The translations under genes were made by a program, and so were the position numbers. A DNA stretch of 64,000 nt from Prochlorococcus sp. AG-388-F11 (GTDB lineage: Bacteria > Cyanobacteriota > Cyanobacteriia > PCC-6307 > Cyanobiaceae), in assembly GCA_003279845.1 (NCBI GenBank), contig QCGP01000003.1:86456-150455 (forward strand), read 5' to 3'. Under the pieces are notes generated by a model. It worked only from the letters and a program-made list of their open reading frames with translations, was not told the origin of the DNA and ran no database searches. Position 1 is the first letter of the stretch. Each line of letters begins with the position of its first letter. Of the stretch, positions 33,069 to 46,211 are shown in pieces.

Positions 33069-33086
33069 AATATAACATTATGTACC
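33069..33086 (-). promoter_or_regulatory. Candidate HLR1 (RpaB-binding) site upstream of srrA
   Basis: Minus strand GGTACATA-AT-GTTATATT versus (G/T)TTACA(T/A)(T/A)-N2 repeat, one mismatch per half. A TGn-TAGTAT -10 candidate follows at 33059-33054. Confidence 0.55.
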
Positions 33087-33174
33087 CTCATAGAGATATT
33101 CCTAAGATTAAAAAAAATTTAAATAACTAAAGGATATGAATTCTTCTCAAACACTTTTTACTTTTTTGCAGAAT

Positions 33175-33696
33175 TTATGAATGGACTTTTCTCCGTGAAA
33201 ATTTAAACAACCTTAAAAGTTTGGAGCAAATTAAAGGAGCAAAAAATCCTGTAAGAAAAACTTCAGCTAAGATATTTTGAAAACTAGGGATAAAAAGTAA
33301 AAAAGAACTATCTGAAAAATTTTTAAACAAAATTTGCAAAAAATAAATAATACCACATAAAAAACTTCCAAAAGAACAAATTAAACCATACCTAAAGTGT
33401 CCTACCAAAATATCACTATGTATCTTAATTCTCCCAAACCAAAATCCACATATAATTAAACCTGGTATTTGAGTAAAATTACTATTCATAGTTAAGGAAT
33501 CTAAAATTAGACCTAAAAACAACCCAAATATTATTCCATTAATTGATCCATTAATCATGGACCAAGGCAATAACCAAATTAAAGGCCAATATGGCTGAAC
33601 ACCTAAAAATCCAAGCCAATTAGGGTGCCATAAAAAAATAATTGGAACAAAAATAAAAAAAACTATAGTGAGATTTTTTGTAAAAAATTTATTCAT
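33175..33696 (-). CDS. mreD: Rod shape-determining protein MreD
   Basis: Hydrophobic protein, third in the mreB-mreC operon, with GLILDSL. Confidence 0.8.
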   Translation of the reverse strand: MNKFFTKNLTIVFFIFVPIIFLWHPNWLGFLGVQPYWPLIWLLPWSMINGSINGIIFGLFLGLILDSLTMNSNFTQIPGLIICGFWFGRIKIHSDILVGHFRYGLICSFGSFLCGIIYFLQILFKNFSDSSFLLFIPSFQNILAEVFLTGFFAPLICSKLLRLFKFSRRKVHS

Positions 33697-34442
33697 TAAA
33701 TTTTCACTTTTAAAATTTGCACCCAGTCAATTAAATGAGGTTTTGCCAAGAGTGATATTTTTGCTGATTTTTTTGCTCTAAATGGTTTATCTATAGATTG
33801 GACAATACCAATGGGTATATTTGGAGGTAAAAGAGTGCTAGCAGGAGAAGATGATACAAAATCTCCAACTTTTATTTCAGCATTATTTGAATAAAGTATT
33901 AAGCTAGGATAATCATCACCTAAACCGACCAGTAATCCATTCATCTGGATTCTGTCCACCCATACTCCAACCTTACTTTCTGGTGAGGTTAATAAAGTTA
34001 CCGACGAAGTGAATAAAGAAGTACTATTCACTCTACCTAATAATCCTCCCGGACCAATAACAGTACTACCAATTTCAACTCCATCTTTTGAACCTTTATT
34101 TATTATTATTTGTCTCCACCAACTACCTGTTTTTCTCGAAATAACTGCAGCTGAAACATTTTGATTAGATGATTTTTGAAGAGATAGGATTTCCCGCAAT
34201 CTTGCATTATCTTTCTGAAGAAGATTTAAGTTTATTAATGATTCTTGGTTAATACTCTTAAGAATGATTTCTTTTTGAAATTGACCAGGCCAAAAAGGCC
34301 TTGAAATAAAATAATAAAGATCCTTATAAACAGATCCTTTAGATATCCTGACAAAAACTAAAAATAAAAAAATACCAAATAATGTCCAATTTTTCTTTTT
34401 ATGCCACCAACGACTAGTAGATATTCGTCGAACATCTAACAT
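33696..34442 (-). CDS. mreC: Rod shape-determining protein MreC
   Basis: Transmembrane segment plus short coiled coil, INKGSKDGV, GLLGRV and PPNIPIG. Confidence 0.92.
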   Translation of the reverse strand: MLDVRRISTSRWWHKKKNWTLFGIFLFLVFVRISKGSVYKDLYYFISRPFWPGQFQKEIILKSINQESLINLNLLQKDNARLREILSLQKSSNQNVSAAVISRKTGSWWRQIIINKGSKDGVEIGSTVIGPGGLLGRVNSTSLFTSSVTLLTSPESKVGVWVDRIQMNGLLVGLGDDYPSLILYSNNAEIKVGDFVSSSPASTLLPPNIPIGIVQSIDKPFRAKKSAKISLLAKPHLIDWVQILKVKI

Positions 34443-34446
34443 AATA

Positions 34447-35499
34447 TTAATCTCTTATCGCATTCCTTATGAAGTCTGGAGTATCAACGACTCTTTTGAG
34501 TTTTGTGAAATCATCCAAAACTTCCCCACAACCATTCACCACACAAAGAAGTGGATTTTCTGCTATATGAGTAAAAATTCCTGTTTCATCGCTCAATAAA
34601 TCGTTAATACCTCTTACTAAAGCTCCACCTCCTGCAAGCATAATACCCCTATCAACAATATCTGCAGCAAGTTCAGGGGGAGTTCTCTCTAAGGTTCTTT
34701 TTACAGCTTCAACTATTTTGCTAAGTGTATCAGCCATAGCTTCTCTAATTTCTCCTGATGTCAAAGTGACTGACCTAGGGAGACCAGATAAAAGATGTAA
34801 ACCCCTTACCTCTAAGGTAGTCTTATCAAAATCATCGTCTGGAAATGCTGAGCCAATTTTAATCTTAATATCTTCTGCAGTTCTCTCTCCAACAACTAAA
34901 TTATGAACTTTTTTAAGATAAAGAGCTATGGATTCATTTATTTCATCGCCAGCAATTCGAACAGATTCACTTAAAACAGTTCCGCCTAAACTTAATACTG
35001 CAACCTCAGTAGTACCACCACCAATATCTACAATCATCGTCCCTATTGGCTCAGTCACAGGGAGTGATGCTCCTATTGCTGCCGCAACAGGCTCATCAAT
35101 TAAGTGAACTTCTCGAGCTCCTGCTAATCCAGCTTCTCTTACTGCTCTCCGCTCAACACTAGTCACTCCACTTGGAATACCAATAACTATTCTTGGAGCT
35201 ACTATACCTTTGCCTTCGTTACATTTTTGAATAAATGTTTTTATCATTTGCTCTGCCGCATCAAAATCTGCGATAACCCCATCTCTTAGTGGTCTTACAG
35301 CTCTAATATTGCCAGGTGTTCTTCCAAGCATTAACTTTGCTTCTTTACCAACAGCCAATGGAACCCCTTCTTCTAAATCCATTGCTACTACTGAAGGCTC
35401 TTGCAAAACAACTCCCTTACCTGATACATGTATGAGAGTATTGGCTGTTCCTAAATCTATGCCAATGTCTCTAGAAAATTTAAATCTGTTAAAAATCAC
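34447..35499 (-). CDS. mreB: Rod shape-determining protein MreB
   Basis: [19 protein letters not shown] and DIGGGTTE. Confidence 0.99.
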   Translation of the reverse strand: MIFNRFKFSRDIGIDLGTANTLIHVSGKGVVLQEPSVVAMDLEEGVPLAVGKEAKLMLGRTPGNIRAVRPLRDGVIADFDAAEQMIKTFIQKCNEGKGIVAPRIVIGIPSGVTSVERRAVREAGLAGAREVHLIDEPVAAAIGASLPVTEPIGTMIVDIGGGTTEVAVLSLGGTVLSESVRIAGDEINESIALYLKKVHNLVVGERTAEDIKIKIGSAFPDDDFDKTTLEVRGLHLLSGLPRSVTLTSGEIREAMADTLSKIVEAVKRTLERTPPELAADIVDRGIMLAGGGALVRGINDLLSDETGIFTHIAENPLLCVVNGCGEVLDDFTKLKRVVDTPDFIRNAIRD

Positions 35500-35631
35500 A
35501 ATAAGAATTCTTTTTTATAAATAATATATCTATTTTTTGATAAGCTCTCAGAATTCTCTCTTTTAGTTATGAATAGCACGCAAAACTTTGAGCAAAACCT
35601 CAAAATATGAGTAGTATTAGAAAAAAAAATT

Positions 35632-36003
35632 ATGGAAATTAACACTATTAACTTAGTTGGCAGAGCCGGTAGAGAACCAGATGTCAGATATTTTGAATCT
35701 GGTAGCATTGTAGCTAATTTCACTCTTGCAGTTAATAGAAGAAGCAGAGATGAAGAGCCAGACTGGTTTAATTTAGAGATATGGGGCAAACAAGCCCAAA
35801 TAGCAGCAGATTACGTTAAAAAAGGTTCTTTAATTGGAATTACAGGAAGCTTTAAAATTGATAGTTGGAAAGATAAAAATACTGGGGAAGATAGATACAA
35901 ACCAGTTGTTAGAGTTGATAGATTAAATTTACTGAGCTCAAGAAAAGAATCTGAAAATAACCAATATTCTAACAATAATAATTCTAATGATATCCCTTTC
36001 TAA
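35632..36003 (+). CDS. ssb: Single-stranded DNA-binding protein
   Basis: OB fold (LVGRAGREP, FTLAVNR) and a DIPF C-terminus. Confidence 0.97.
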   Translation: MEINTINLVGRAGREPDVRYFESGSIVANFTLAVNRRSRDEEPDWFNLEIWGKQAQIAADYVKKGSLIGITGSFKIDSWKDKNTGEDRYKPVVRVDRLNLLSSRKESENNQYSNNNNSNDIPF

Positions 36004-36659
36004 GCTCTATTTTTTTTTAAAAATCTAATAAATAACTTTATTAAAAAATAAAAGAAAATTAAAATTAAAATTGGCTTTACAACATATTTGATTTGATCTA
36101 AGTAAGTTTCAATAATTGGATAATTTTCACCAAATAAATAACCTGCATAAGTAAGAAGTGCTACCCATATCAAGCTTCCAAATGTAGTCCAAATCAAAAA
36201 TTTTCTTAATGGCATAAGTTCTATGCCAGCGGGAACTGAAATTAAAGTTCTTATACCAGGTATTAATCGGCCCCAAAAAACTAAAGAAACCCCGTATTTA
36301 TCAAACCACCTTTTACTTTTAATTAAATCATTGGACGAAATTCCTAAATATTTTCCTTTTTTATCTAGAAAATTTGAAAGTCTTTTTTCATTTACTAATC
36401 TACCTAAATAATACCAAGGCAATGATCCTAGAATAGTTCCAAGTAATCCCCAAAAAACTAAAATATAGAAATTTAATTTTTGTTGATAAACGAAAAACCC
36501 TCCCAATGGCATTATTATTTCCGAAGGGATTGGAGGTATTATATTTTCTAAAAACATAGCCAAACAAATAGTAAGGTATGCAATTGTTGAATTCTTTTCA
36601 ACAGCCAAACTAATATAGTCAGGGATTGAAGTAAGAAAATTTACAAAAATTAAACTCAA
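36000..36659 (-). CDS. DedA family membrane protein
   Basis: LENIIPPIPSE and GRLIPGIRTLISVPAG. Confidence 0.93.
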   Translation of the reverse strand: MSLIFVNFLTSIPDYISLAVEKNSTIAYLTICLAMFLENIIPPIPSEIIMPLGGFFVYQQKLNFYILVFWGLLGTILGSLPWYYLGRLVNEKRLSNFLDKKGKYLGISSNDLIKSKRWFDKYGVSLVFWGRLIPGIRTLISVPAGIELMPLRKFLIWTTFGSLIWVALLTYAGYLFGENYPIIETYLDQIKYVVKPILILIFFYFLIKLFIRFLKKNRA

Positions 36660-36661
36660 AC

Positions 36662-38080
36662 TTAGTATCTATAAAGCTCTGGTTTATAAGGTCCTTCAAC
36701 AGAGACATTAATATAGTCAGCTTGTTCCTTAGTTAATTTTGTTAATTTTGCACCAATTTTATCTAGATGTAATCTAGCTACCATTTCATCTAAATGTTTT
36801 GGTAAAACGTAAACTTCCTTAGCATATTTTTCTGACTTATTGAAAAGTTCAATTTGAGCTAATACTTGATTAGTAAAAGAATTACTCATAACAAAACTTG
36901 GATGCCCAGTTGCACAACCTAAGTTAACTAATCTACCTTCAGCTAAAAGGATTATTTTATTGCCACTAGGTAAAGTGATGTGATCAACCTGCGGCTTAAT
37001 ATTTTCCCAAGGATAATCTTTCAATGAAGCCACATCAATTTCATTATCGAAATGGCCGATATTACAGACTATGGCCTCATCTTTCATCTTGACAAGATTT
37101 TCGTTTGTTATTACCTGATAGTTCCCAGTTGCTGTAACAAATATATCTATATCTTCCACAACATCGTTTAATGTAACAACGCTAAAACCTTCCATTGCCG
37201 CTTGAAGAGCACAAATTGGATCAACTTCAGCAACTTTTACAATTGCACCAAGTCCCCTTAGAGATTGGGCTGAACCTTTACCTACATCTCCAAAACCCAT
37301 TACTAAGGCCACTTTCCCAGCAATCATCACATCAGTGGCACGCTTTATGCTGTCAACTAGAGATTCTCGGCAGCCATATAAATTATCAAATTTGCTCTTA
37401 GTTACTGAATCATTAACGTTGATAGCAGGAAAAGGTAACGCATTTTGCTTTTGCAGTTGATAAAGTCTTGCAACTCCAGTTGTTGTTTCTTCAGTTACAC
37501 CAATAATATTACTCTTAATTCTAGAATAAAAGTCACCATCATTCTCTAACTTAGACTTAATTGAATTGAATAAAGCAATTTCTTCTTCATTGCCAGGATT
37601 ATCTAGAACAGATAAATCTTTTTCTGCTTTACTACCGAGTATCAATAAGCCAGTTGCATCTCCCCCATCATCAAGAATCATATTTGGAGAGTCTGAACCC
37701 CAATCAAGGATATAGTGAGTATATTGCCAATATTCATCAAGAGTCTCACCTTTTTTTGCATATACAGAAATTCCTTGATCTGCGATAGCTGCTGCAGCAT
37801 GATCTTGAGTTGAAAAAATATTACATGAAGCCCATTTCACTTCTGCACCAAGATCAACAAGAGTTTCTATTAAGACTGCTGTCTGAATAGTCATATGAAG
37901 ACTTCCAGCTATTTTCGCACCTTTTAGTGGCTTTTCAGATTGATATTTATCTCTAAGTGCCATTAATCCAGGCATTTCCGTTTCTGCAATTTTAATTTCC
38001 TTACGGCCAAAATCTGATAAAGAGATATCAGCAATTACGTAATTAGGTGTAGAGGTCTTAATTGAATCTGCAATAACCAT
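36662..38080 (-). CDS. ahcY: Adenosylhomocysteinase
   Basis: [32 protein letters not shown] and GHPSFVMS. Confidence 0.99.
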   Translation of the reverse strand: MVIADSIKTSTPNYVIADISLSDFGRKEIKIAETEMPGLMALRDKYQSEKPLKGAKIAGSLHMTIQTAVLIETLVDLGAEVKWASCNIFSTQDHAAAAIADQGISVYAKKGETLDEYWQYTHYILDWGSDSPNMILDDGGDATGLLILGSKAEKDLSVLDNPGNEEEIALFNSIKSKLENDGDFYSRIKSNIIGVTEETTTGVARLYQLQKQNALPFPAINVNDSVTKSKFDNLYGCRESLVDSIKRATDVMIAGKVALVMGFGDVGKGSAQSLRGLGAIVKVAEVDPICALQAAMEGFSVVTLNDVVEDIDIFVTATGNYQVITNENLVKMKDEAIVCNIGHFDNEIDVASLKDYPWENIKPQVDHITLPSGNKIILLAEGRLVNLGCATGHPSFVMSNSFTNQVLAQIELFNKSEKYAKEVYVLPKHLDEMVARLHLDKIGAKLTKLTKEQADYINVSVEGPYKPELYRY

Positions 38081-38131
38081 ATCTAGTAAATACTTTTTCT
38101 ATTAAACTATAAATGATTTTTGTGTAATTTT

Positions 38132-38569
38132 GTGTTTGTTGAAAATTTAAAAGAGACTTTAAATTTAGGAAGAAAACTCTCACACAAATTAAATCCCCAA
38201 TCAATTGTTTTATTAAAGGGTCCAATTGGGGCTGGGAAAACTTCATTTGTTCAAGGGATTGCTAAAGGCTTATCAATCACTGAAGACATTACAAGCCCTA
38301 CATTTGCTTTATCGCATCACTACAACTCCGGAAAAATTCCACTAATTCATCTTGATTTATACAGGTTAGACAATGTTCCTTCAGCAAAAGAAGTTTTTTT
38401 TTCAGAAGAAGAAGAAGCAATACAAAAACAAGCTATTTTAATTATTGAATGGCCAGAATTAATAGAACCAGTTGTTGATAATTTCTGGAAAATAGAAATT
38501 AGTTACGCAAAAAATTATGGAAGACACTACGAAATAAGAGATCCCAAAAATTTATTAACTTTCTCATAA
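38132..38569 (+). CDS. tsaE: tRNA t6A biosynthesis ATPase TsaE
   Basis: GPIGAGKT, TSPTF, HLDLYRL and IEW. GTG at 38132 taken as start. Confidence 0.95.
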   Translation: MFVENLKETLNLGRKLSHKLNPQSIVLLKGPIGAGKTSFVQGIAKGLSITEDITSPTFALSHHYNSGKIPLIHLDLYRLDNVPSAKEVFFSEEEEAIQKQAILIIEWPELIEPVVDNFWKIEISYAKNYGRHYEIRDPKNLLTFS

Positions 38570-39525
38570 TATGGCTGTTGCTCGATGGCGCCTTCACCAA
38601 GACAAGTTAATAATCCACAAACACCCGCGAACTTAATGCAATTTTCTATCTCTAGTTTATTTGATGGATAGCCAGAAGAAATTAATTTTGAAATTAAGCC
38701 AGCTAGAAAAGCATCGCCTGCGCCAGTTGTATCAACAATTTTTTGTGAAGAAGGAGTTTCAGTAATTCCCTGCAATTCATTGATATACCATGAAATGGGA
38801 TTTTTTCCATCAGTTATTATTACATCAGGTCTATTAGAAAATTGTTGAGATATTAGCAAGGGATTTTCATCCTCAAAGAACAAAATTGCTTCTTCCTTAG
38901 CGAGTTTTAAAACATTTGCATGATTTAAAAATTTCTTGATTAAATTAACTCTCGAGACTTTACTAACTTCTGATGAAAAACTTGAATGATCCCAAAAGAC
39001 CTCTCTCCAGTTTAAATCAATAACTATTTTGACTTCAAATTTTTTAGCCTTTTCAAGAAGAAAAAAAATAGTTTCTGCTGATATTGGAGATGATAATAAA
39101 ATCGTTCCTGTAACCAAATATTTTGTTTTTAGAAAAGTTTTCTCCAAATTTAAAATTTCTTTTTCGATTAATTTCTTACTAAGAACTTCGTCTGCAAAGT
39201 ATGAATAAGAACTTTCCTCAAAGCCTGAAAAAAAACGATCTCCAGATTGATCTCTATCTACATTAACCACGCGAGTAGATGAATCATTATTTAATTGCAA
39301 GAAATCTAAATTAACATCCAATTCTTTAAATTGCGTAATAAATTTTTTTCCATAATCATCACTACCCAAACTTCCTATAAATGTTGAATCTATTTTTAAT
39401 TTTCTCAATGCACAAGCAACATTAGCCGGCGCACCACCCAAAAAATCTGTAAATCCTTGATTTGACTTATTTCTGATTCTGTCTATTAAAGCCTCTCCAA
39501 TACATATGACCTTTTTCTTTTTCAT
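38527..39525 (-). CDS. PfkB-family carbohydrate kinase (fructokinase-like)
   Basis: GGAPANVA and VDTTGAGDAF. Confidence 0.93.
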   Translation of the reverse strand: MKKKKVICIGEALIDRIRNKSNQGFTDFLGGAPANVACALRKLKIDSTFIGSLGSDDYGKKFITQFKELDVNLDFLQLNNDSSTRVVNVDRDQSGDRFFSGFEESSYSYFADEVLSKKLIEKEILNLEKTFLKTKYLVTGTILLSSPISAETIFFLLEKAKKFEVKIVIDLNWREVFWDHSSFSSEVSKVSRVNLIKKFLNHANVLKLAKEEAILFFEDENPLLISQQFSNRPDVIITDGKNPISWYINELQGITETPSSQKIVDTTGAGDAFLAGLISKLISSGYPSNKLEIENCIKFAGVCGLLTCLGEGAIEQQPYYEKVNKFLGSLIS

Positions 39526-39615
39526 AAAAATGAACGCTTTTTATTTACTAAGAATAATTTATTAAAAACGAATAATTTTTTTTTGAATTAAAGTTTAATT
39601 AAAAGCATATTTATA

Positions 39616-40530
39616 GTGTCTTTAAATAAATCTGAAACTTGGAAGTGGAAAAATTGGGAAATTTCTTGGTCTTTATCAAAAGAATCTACTTCTGAAAAAG
39701 ATATTAAAATTTTATTAGTTCATGGATTTGGGGCATCAAAAAACCACTGGAGACATAATCAAGATTTTCTTGGTAAATTTTCTAACTGCTACGCAATTGA
39801 CTTATTAGGATTTGGGAAAAGCAGTCAGCCTAGTGCTTTATTAAATTACGAACCTTATAAAGAAAACTCAATTCAATATTCATTTGACTTATGGGGTAAT
39901 CAAATATCAACATTTTGTGCAGAGATAATAAAATCTCCTGTCTACTTGGTAGGCAATTCAATTGGTGGTGTTATTGCATTGAAAGCTGCTGAAATCCTCA
40001 AAGATAATTGCAAAGGTGTCATTTTGATTGATTGTGCACAAAGAACTATGGATGATAAACGTTTAAAAAAAAGTGATATCTTAATGAATCTACTGAGACC
40101 CGTTCTTAAAACAATTGTCAGACAAAGAGTAATTAGTAATACACTTTTTACTAGAGCTGCTAATCCGAAAGTTATAAAGAAAATACTTGAACAAGCTTAC
40201 CCCTCAGGAAAAAATATCGATAAAGAATTGATTGAAATACTTTATAAACCCTCTGAAAGGAAAAATTCCCAAGAAGCATTTCGTGGTTTTATTAACTTAT
40301 TTAATGACTATCTTGCAACTGACCTCTTCGATAAAGTTGATATTCCAATTCAATTGATATGGGGAGAAAAAGATCCATGGGAATCTTTAAGTGAGGCTAA
40401 AGAGTGGAAACAAATATTCAAGAATATAAAGAGATTAGATGTAATTGAAGGTGCGGGTCATTGTCCTCATGATGAAGAACCTGAACAAACAAATAGGTTA
40501 ATATATGAATTCCTTCACGAAACAAAATAG
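39616..40530 (+). CDS. Alpha/beta-fold hydrolase
   Basis: HGFGAS, GNSIGG and GHCPHDE. Confidence 0.92.
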   Translation: MSLNKSETWKWKNWEISWSLSKESTSEKDIKILLVHGFGASKNHWRHNQDFLGKFSNCYAIDLLGFGKSSQPSALLNYEPYKENSIQYSFDLWGNQISTFCAEIIKSPVYLVGNSIGGVIALKAAEILKDNCKGVILIDCAQRTMDDKRLKKSDILMNLLRPVLKTIVRQRVISNTLFTRAANPKVIKKILEQAYPSGKNIDKELIEILYKPSERKNSQEAFRGFINLFNDYLATDLFDKVDIPIQLIWGEKDPWESLSEAKEWKQIFKNIKRLDVIEGAGHCPHDEEPEQTNRLIYEFLHETK

Positions 40531-41516
40531 GCTTCTACATTATCACTGAGTCTTCTCAAACCTCTTAGTCCATCACGTTCTAGATTTCTTACGCGATCTC
40601 TACTTATCCCAAGTACTCGGCCTATTCCAGTAAGAGACATTGGCTCATCACCGTCCATTCCGTATCGCATTCTTAAAACTCTACATTGCAGGTCAGGTAA
40701 TTGGTGCAAAAGAGAATGAAGATCGCCCCTCATACAATCCATTTCTATCTGTTCATCTGGCAAATCCTCACCGCCTGCAAGTAAATCTAGTAAAACGGTA
40801 TCTTCACCATCACCAACTTTTGTTTCAAGACTAACTGGCTGCCCAGCTTTGCACATTAAATCTTTAACATCTTCTTCAGGAAGCTCTACATATTTTGCAA
40901 GTTCACTTACTGTAGGAGTTCTGGACATTTCTTGACTCAACTCTCTTTGACCTTTTTTTAACTTATTGAGCATTTCAGTTATGTGAATCGGAAGCCTTAT
41001 TGCCCTACTTTTTTCTGCTATTGCTCTGGTAATACCTTGTCTTATCCACCAGTATGCATAGGTTGAGAATTTATAACCTCTGGCTGGATCAAATTTTTCT
41101 ACTCCCCTTACCAAGCCTATCGTTCCCTCCTGAATTAAATCTAATAATTCCATATTTCTTTTAGTATATTTTTTTGCAACACTAACTACTAACCTTAAAT
41201 TAGCTGCCACCATTCTTTCCTTAGCCCTTTGACCGGCTCTCAATCTTTTTTTTATTGTGGAAGTAGATAAATTTAATTTATTTGATAAATCCTCAATATT
41301 TGGCTTATCTCCTGTTAATTCAATAATTTCTAATTCTGCTCTTTCTACCTGCATGTATTCTTGAACCTGCCTACCAAGAGTAATTTCTTGCTCGTGAGAT
41401 AATAGTGGAACCCTACCTATATCTCTTAAATAAGATCTCACAAGGTCAACGTCATTACTAGCTTTAAGAGATGCTATTGCCGTTAATTTATTCTCACTTA
41501 TAGTTTCGGAGGACAT
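40515..41516 (-). CDS. Group 2 sigma-70 factor
   Basis: VRSYLRDIGRVPLL, NLRLVVSVAKKY, KFSTYAYWWIRQ and a region 4 helix-turn-helix. No region 1.1. In-frame ATG at 41516. Confidence 0.95.
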   Translation of the reverse strand: MSSETISENKLTAIASLKASNDVDLVRSYLRDIGRVPLLSHEQEITLGRQVQEYMQVERAELEIIELTGDKPNIEDLSNKLNLSTSTIKKRLRAGQRAKERMVAANLRLVVSVAKKYTKRNMELLDLIQEGTIGLVRGVEKFDPARGYKFSTYAYWWIRQGITRAIAEKSRAIRLPIHITEMLNKLKKGQRELSQEMSRTPTVSELAKYVELPEEDVKDLMCKAGQPVSLETKVGDGEDTVLLDLLAGGEDLPDEQIEMDCMRGDLHSLLHQLPDLQCRVLRMRYGMDGDEPMSLTGIGRVLGISRDRVRNLERDGLRGLRRLSDNVEAYFVS

Positions 41517-41616
41517 GAAAGTTAAATGTTGTTTTGTAAACAATACCATTAAGAAATGTAAAGTTAAACAAAAAAATCCACAATTTAACAAAAATGAGAA
41601 TAAATACCTAGTTAAA

Positions 41617-43023
41617 TCAGACTAATGAGGAGCTTAATAACCATTTAGCAGTACTTAGATAAATAAAAACACCTGCAATATCAGTAACAGTAGTTATGAA
41701 AGGAGATGACATTAATGCTGGATCCAATCGCATTCTGTCAAACAACAAAGGTAAAATAGCACCTGTTGTAGCAGCTAAAGTCGTTATAGAGATTAAACTT
41801 ATTCCTACCGCAGAAGCTATTAGAGGACCTTCTCCTTGCCACCAAGCGAAGGGGAATACCACTAGCATCATCAAAATCCCTAAGAGTGCTCCTGTTATTG
41901 CCTCCTTAACAACTGCCTTAATGGCACCGAGAGACTTCAATTTTTGAGTACTTAAGCCTCTAATTACTACAGTTGAACTTTGAGCGCCCACATTTCCCCC
42001 AGTACCTATTAGCAGAGGTATAAATGCCGCAAGTAAAACTATTTCTTTTAATATTTGATCATTCATCGCTATAACTTTTGTCGTCAAACCATTTGCCAAA
42101 ACCAAAATTAAAAGCCATAAGATTCTTCGTCTAGCTATCGTAAACAAACTACTTTGAAAATAATCATCTTCATCTCCAGGTTGAACTGCGCCTGCTGCAT
42201 AAATATCTCTTGTTGCTTCTTGCTCTATTACGTCAATTAAATCATCAACAGTTACTATGCCGACAAGTCTTTTTTCTTTGTCAACAACTGGGAGAGCTAA
42301 AAAATCGTATCTTTGTATTGCTCTTGCGACCTCCTCTTGATTCGTATTCGTAGAAATATTAACTACATCTCTAGTCATAACATCTCCTATTGGCTTAGAG
42401 GGATCAGCCGTTACAAGATCTCTCAAAGAAAGAATACCAGTTAAATGTCTTTCTTTATCCGTGACATATAAACTATAAATTGTTTCTGTAAATGGAGCTC
42501 TTTTTCTGACTAAAGAAAGAGCCTCAGCTGCAGTTTGCATCTCTTTAAGGTCTATAAATTCAGTTGTCATTAATCTTCCAGCAGTTTCAGGCTCATATCC
42601 AAGTAATTCAGCTGTGACTTTCCTTTCACCAGGACTAAGAGCAGATAAAAATTTTCGTACAACTTTTGCAGGTAATTCGTCAAATAATTGAACCCTATCA
42701 TCAGGGGACATTTTCTCAACTATTTCTAAAACCTCTCCTGAACGAAGTCTATCTAACAAAGTTTGTTGCACTACTGGATCTAAATATTCATAAACCTCAA
42801 TTGCCTCATTTTTCTTCAGCAAACGAAATGCTAAAGCCTGCAATATTAATGGAAGGCTTCCAATAGCATCTGCAATATCAACCGGTTGGGAGGGTTCCAA
42901 AAGCAATTTTGCCTCATCATAATTTCCTGCAACGAGCAATTCCTCCAGTTGATTGGTAATATTTTCTCGAATAGTTAAATCTGAAGATAAGGATGTAGCA
43001 GTTTCGAGATTATCTTCATTCAT
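41617..43023 (-). CDS. mgtE: Magnesium transporter MgtE
   Basis: CBS domain pair, GGNVGAQSST and DPALMSSPFITT. Confidence 0.97.
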   Translation of the reverse strand: MNEDNLETATSLSSDLTIRENITNQLEELLVAGNYDEAKLLLEPSQPVDIADAIGSLPLILQALAFRLLKKNEAIEVYEYLDPVVQQTLLDRLRSGEVLEIVEKMSPDDRVQLFDELPAKVVRKFLSALSPGERKVTAELLGYEPETAGRLMTTEFIDLKEMQTAAEALSLVRKRAPFTETIYSLYVTDKERHLTGILSLRDLVTADPSKPIGDVMTRDVVNISTNTNQEEVARAIQRYDFLALPVVDKEKRLVGIVTVDDLIDVIEQEATRDIYAAGAVQPGDEDDYFQSSLFTIARRRILWLLILVLANGLTTKVIAMNDQILKEIVLLAAFIPLLIGTGGNVGAQSSTVVIRGLSTQKLKSLGAIKAVVKEAITGALLGILMMLVVFPFAWWQGEGPLIASAVGISLISITTLAATTGAILPLLFDRMRLDPALMSSPFITTVTDIAGVFIYLSTAKWLLSSSLV

Positions 43024-43066
43024 ACATATAAGCCCCTTTCAAAGTAACAACACCATTATATGAAAT

Positions 43067-43396
43067 CTAAGTAATTTTTCTACTGATCCAGAACCCAAAA
43101 TACATTGTGAATAAGTTTACGATTATGATTAAATTACAAAGAATTATAAACTTAAGCCAATCTCCTTGATGAAAGATTTTATGCAAAAAATATATAAATC
43201 CGCTAAAAGATGTAAAACAAGAAAAAAAACCACTTAATAAAATTTTTTCAGTTGAGTAGCTTAATCTTTGACTAATAAAAAAACCAACTAAAAATGACCC
43301 AATTATTGAAATAATAAAGTTATTATTAATAAATAATCTTAAAAACGTACCTAAATAGCAAGCTAAAATAATATAAATAAAACTTTTTATTTTCAC
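43067..43396 (-). CDS. crcB: Fluc/CrcB family protein (divergent)
   Basis: GTFLR and GFFSCFTSFSGF in a small four-TM protein paired with a second crcB. Confidence 0.7.
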   Translation of the reverse strand: MKIKSFIYIILACYLGTFLRLFINNNFIISIIGSFLVGFFISQRLSYSTEKILLSGFFSCFTSFSGFIYFLHKIFHQGDWLKFIILCNLIIIVNLFTMYFGFWISRKIT

Positions 43397-43397
43397 T

Positions 43398-43763
43398 TTA
43401 AAAAAATTGAATTAGAAAGTATCCTAAATAAAAGAATAGAAATGAAATAAATATTATTTCTATATAGTGAAAAAATAATCTTAGGAATTTCCTCTTTTTG
43501 AATAGAATAAACAGTTGATAAATAAATGAAGAAAATGTACTAAAACTTCCTAAAAAACCTACATAAAGTAAAAGTAAAATGTCGTTATTAGTAAAATTTA
43601 ATGCTACTAAAATTCCCAAAAAAAATGATGCTATAAAATTTACTATCGAAGTATTTTGAATATTAAAACCTATGGTTATTTTGAAATTATTTTGTATGAA
43701 AATTCTTAATATTAATCCAAAAGTACTGGCAACTAAAACAAGAACTAATGAACTAAAATCCAA
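43398..43763 (-). CDS. crcB: Fluc/CrcB family protein
   Basis: GLILR, VNFIASFFLG and GFLGSFSTFSSF. Confidence 0.8.
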   Translation of the reverse strand: MDFSSLVLVLVASTFGLILRIFIQNNFKITIGFNIQNTSIVNFIASFFLGILVALNFTNNDILLLLYVGFLGSFSTFSSFIYQLFILFKKRKFLRLFFHYIEIIFISFLFFYLGYFLIQFF

Positions 43764-43766
43764 AAT

Positions 43767-46060
<2,294 letters not shown>

Positions 46061-46211
46061 TTAATATAAAAAAAAAACATTTAACTTTTAAAATGTAATT
46101 TTAAAAGTTCTTTCATTAAACTTACCACTGCAATAAGAGAAAGGCTCGAAGTCTATGAAAAAATTAATTACTTTAATTATATAACTAATAAATTTTTCTT
46201 CAGAAATTAAT

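Noticed and set aside
35496-35789. 97-aa minus-strand ORF upstream of mreB
   Set aside because: Half of it is antisense to ssb and the rest spans the divergent promoter. No protein-like features.
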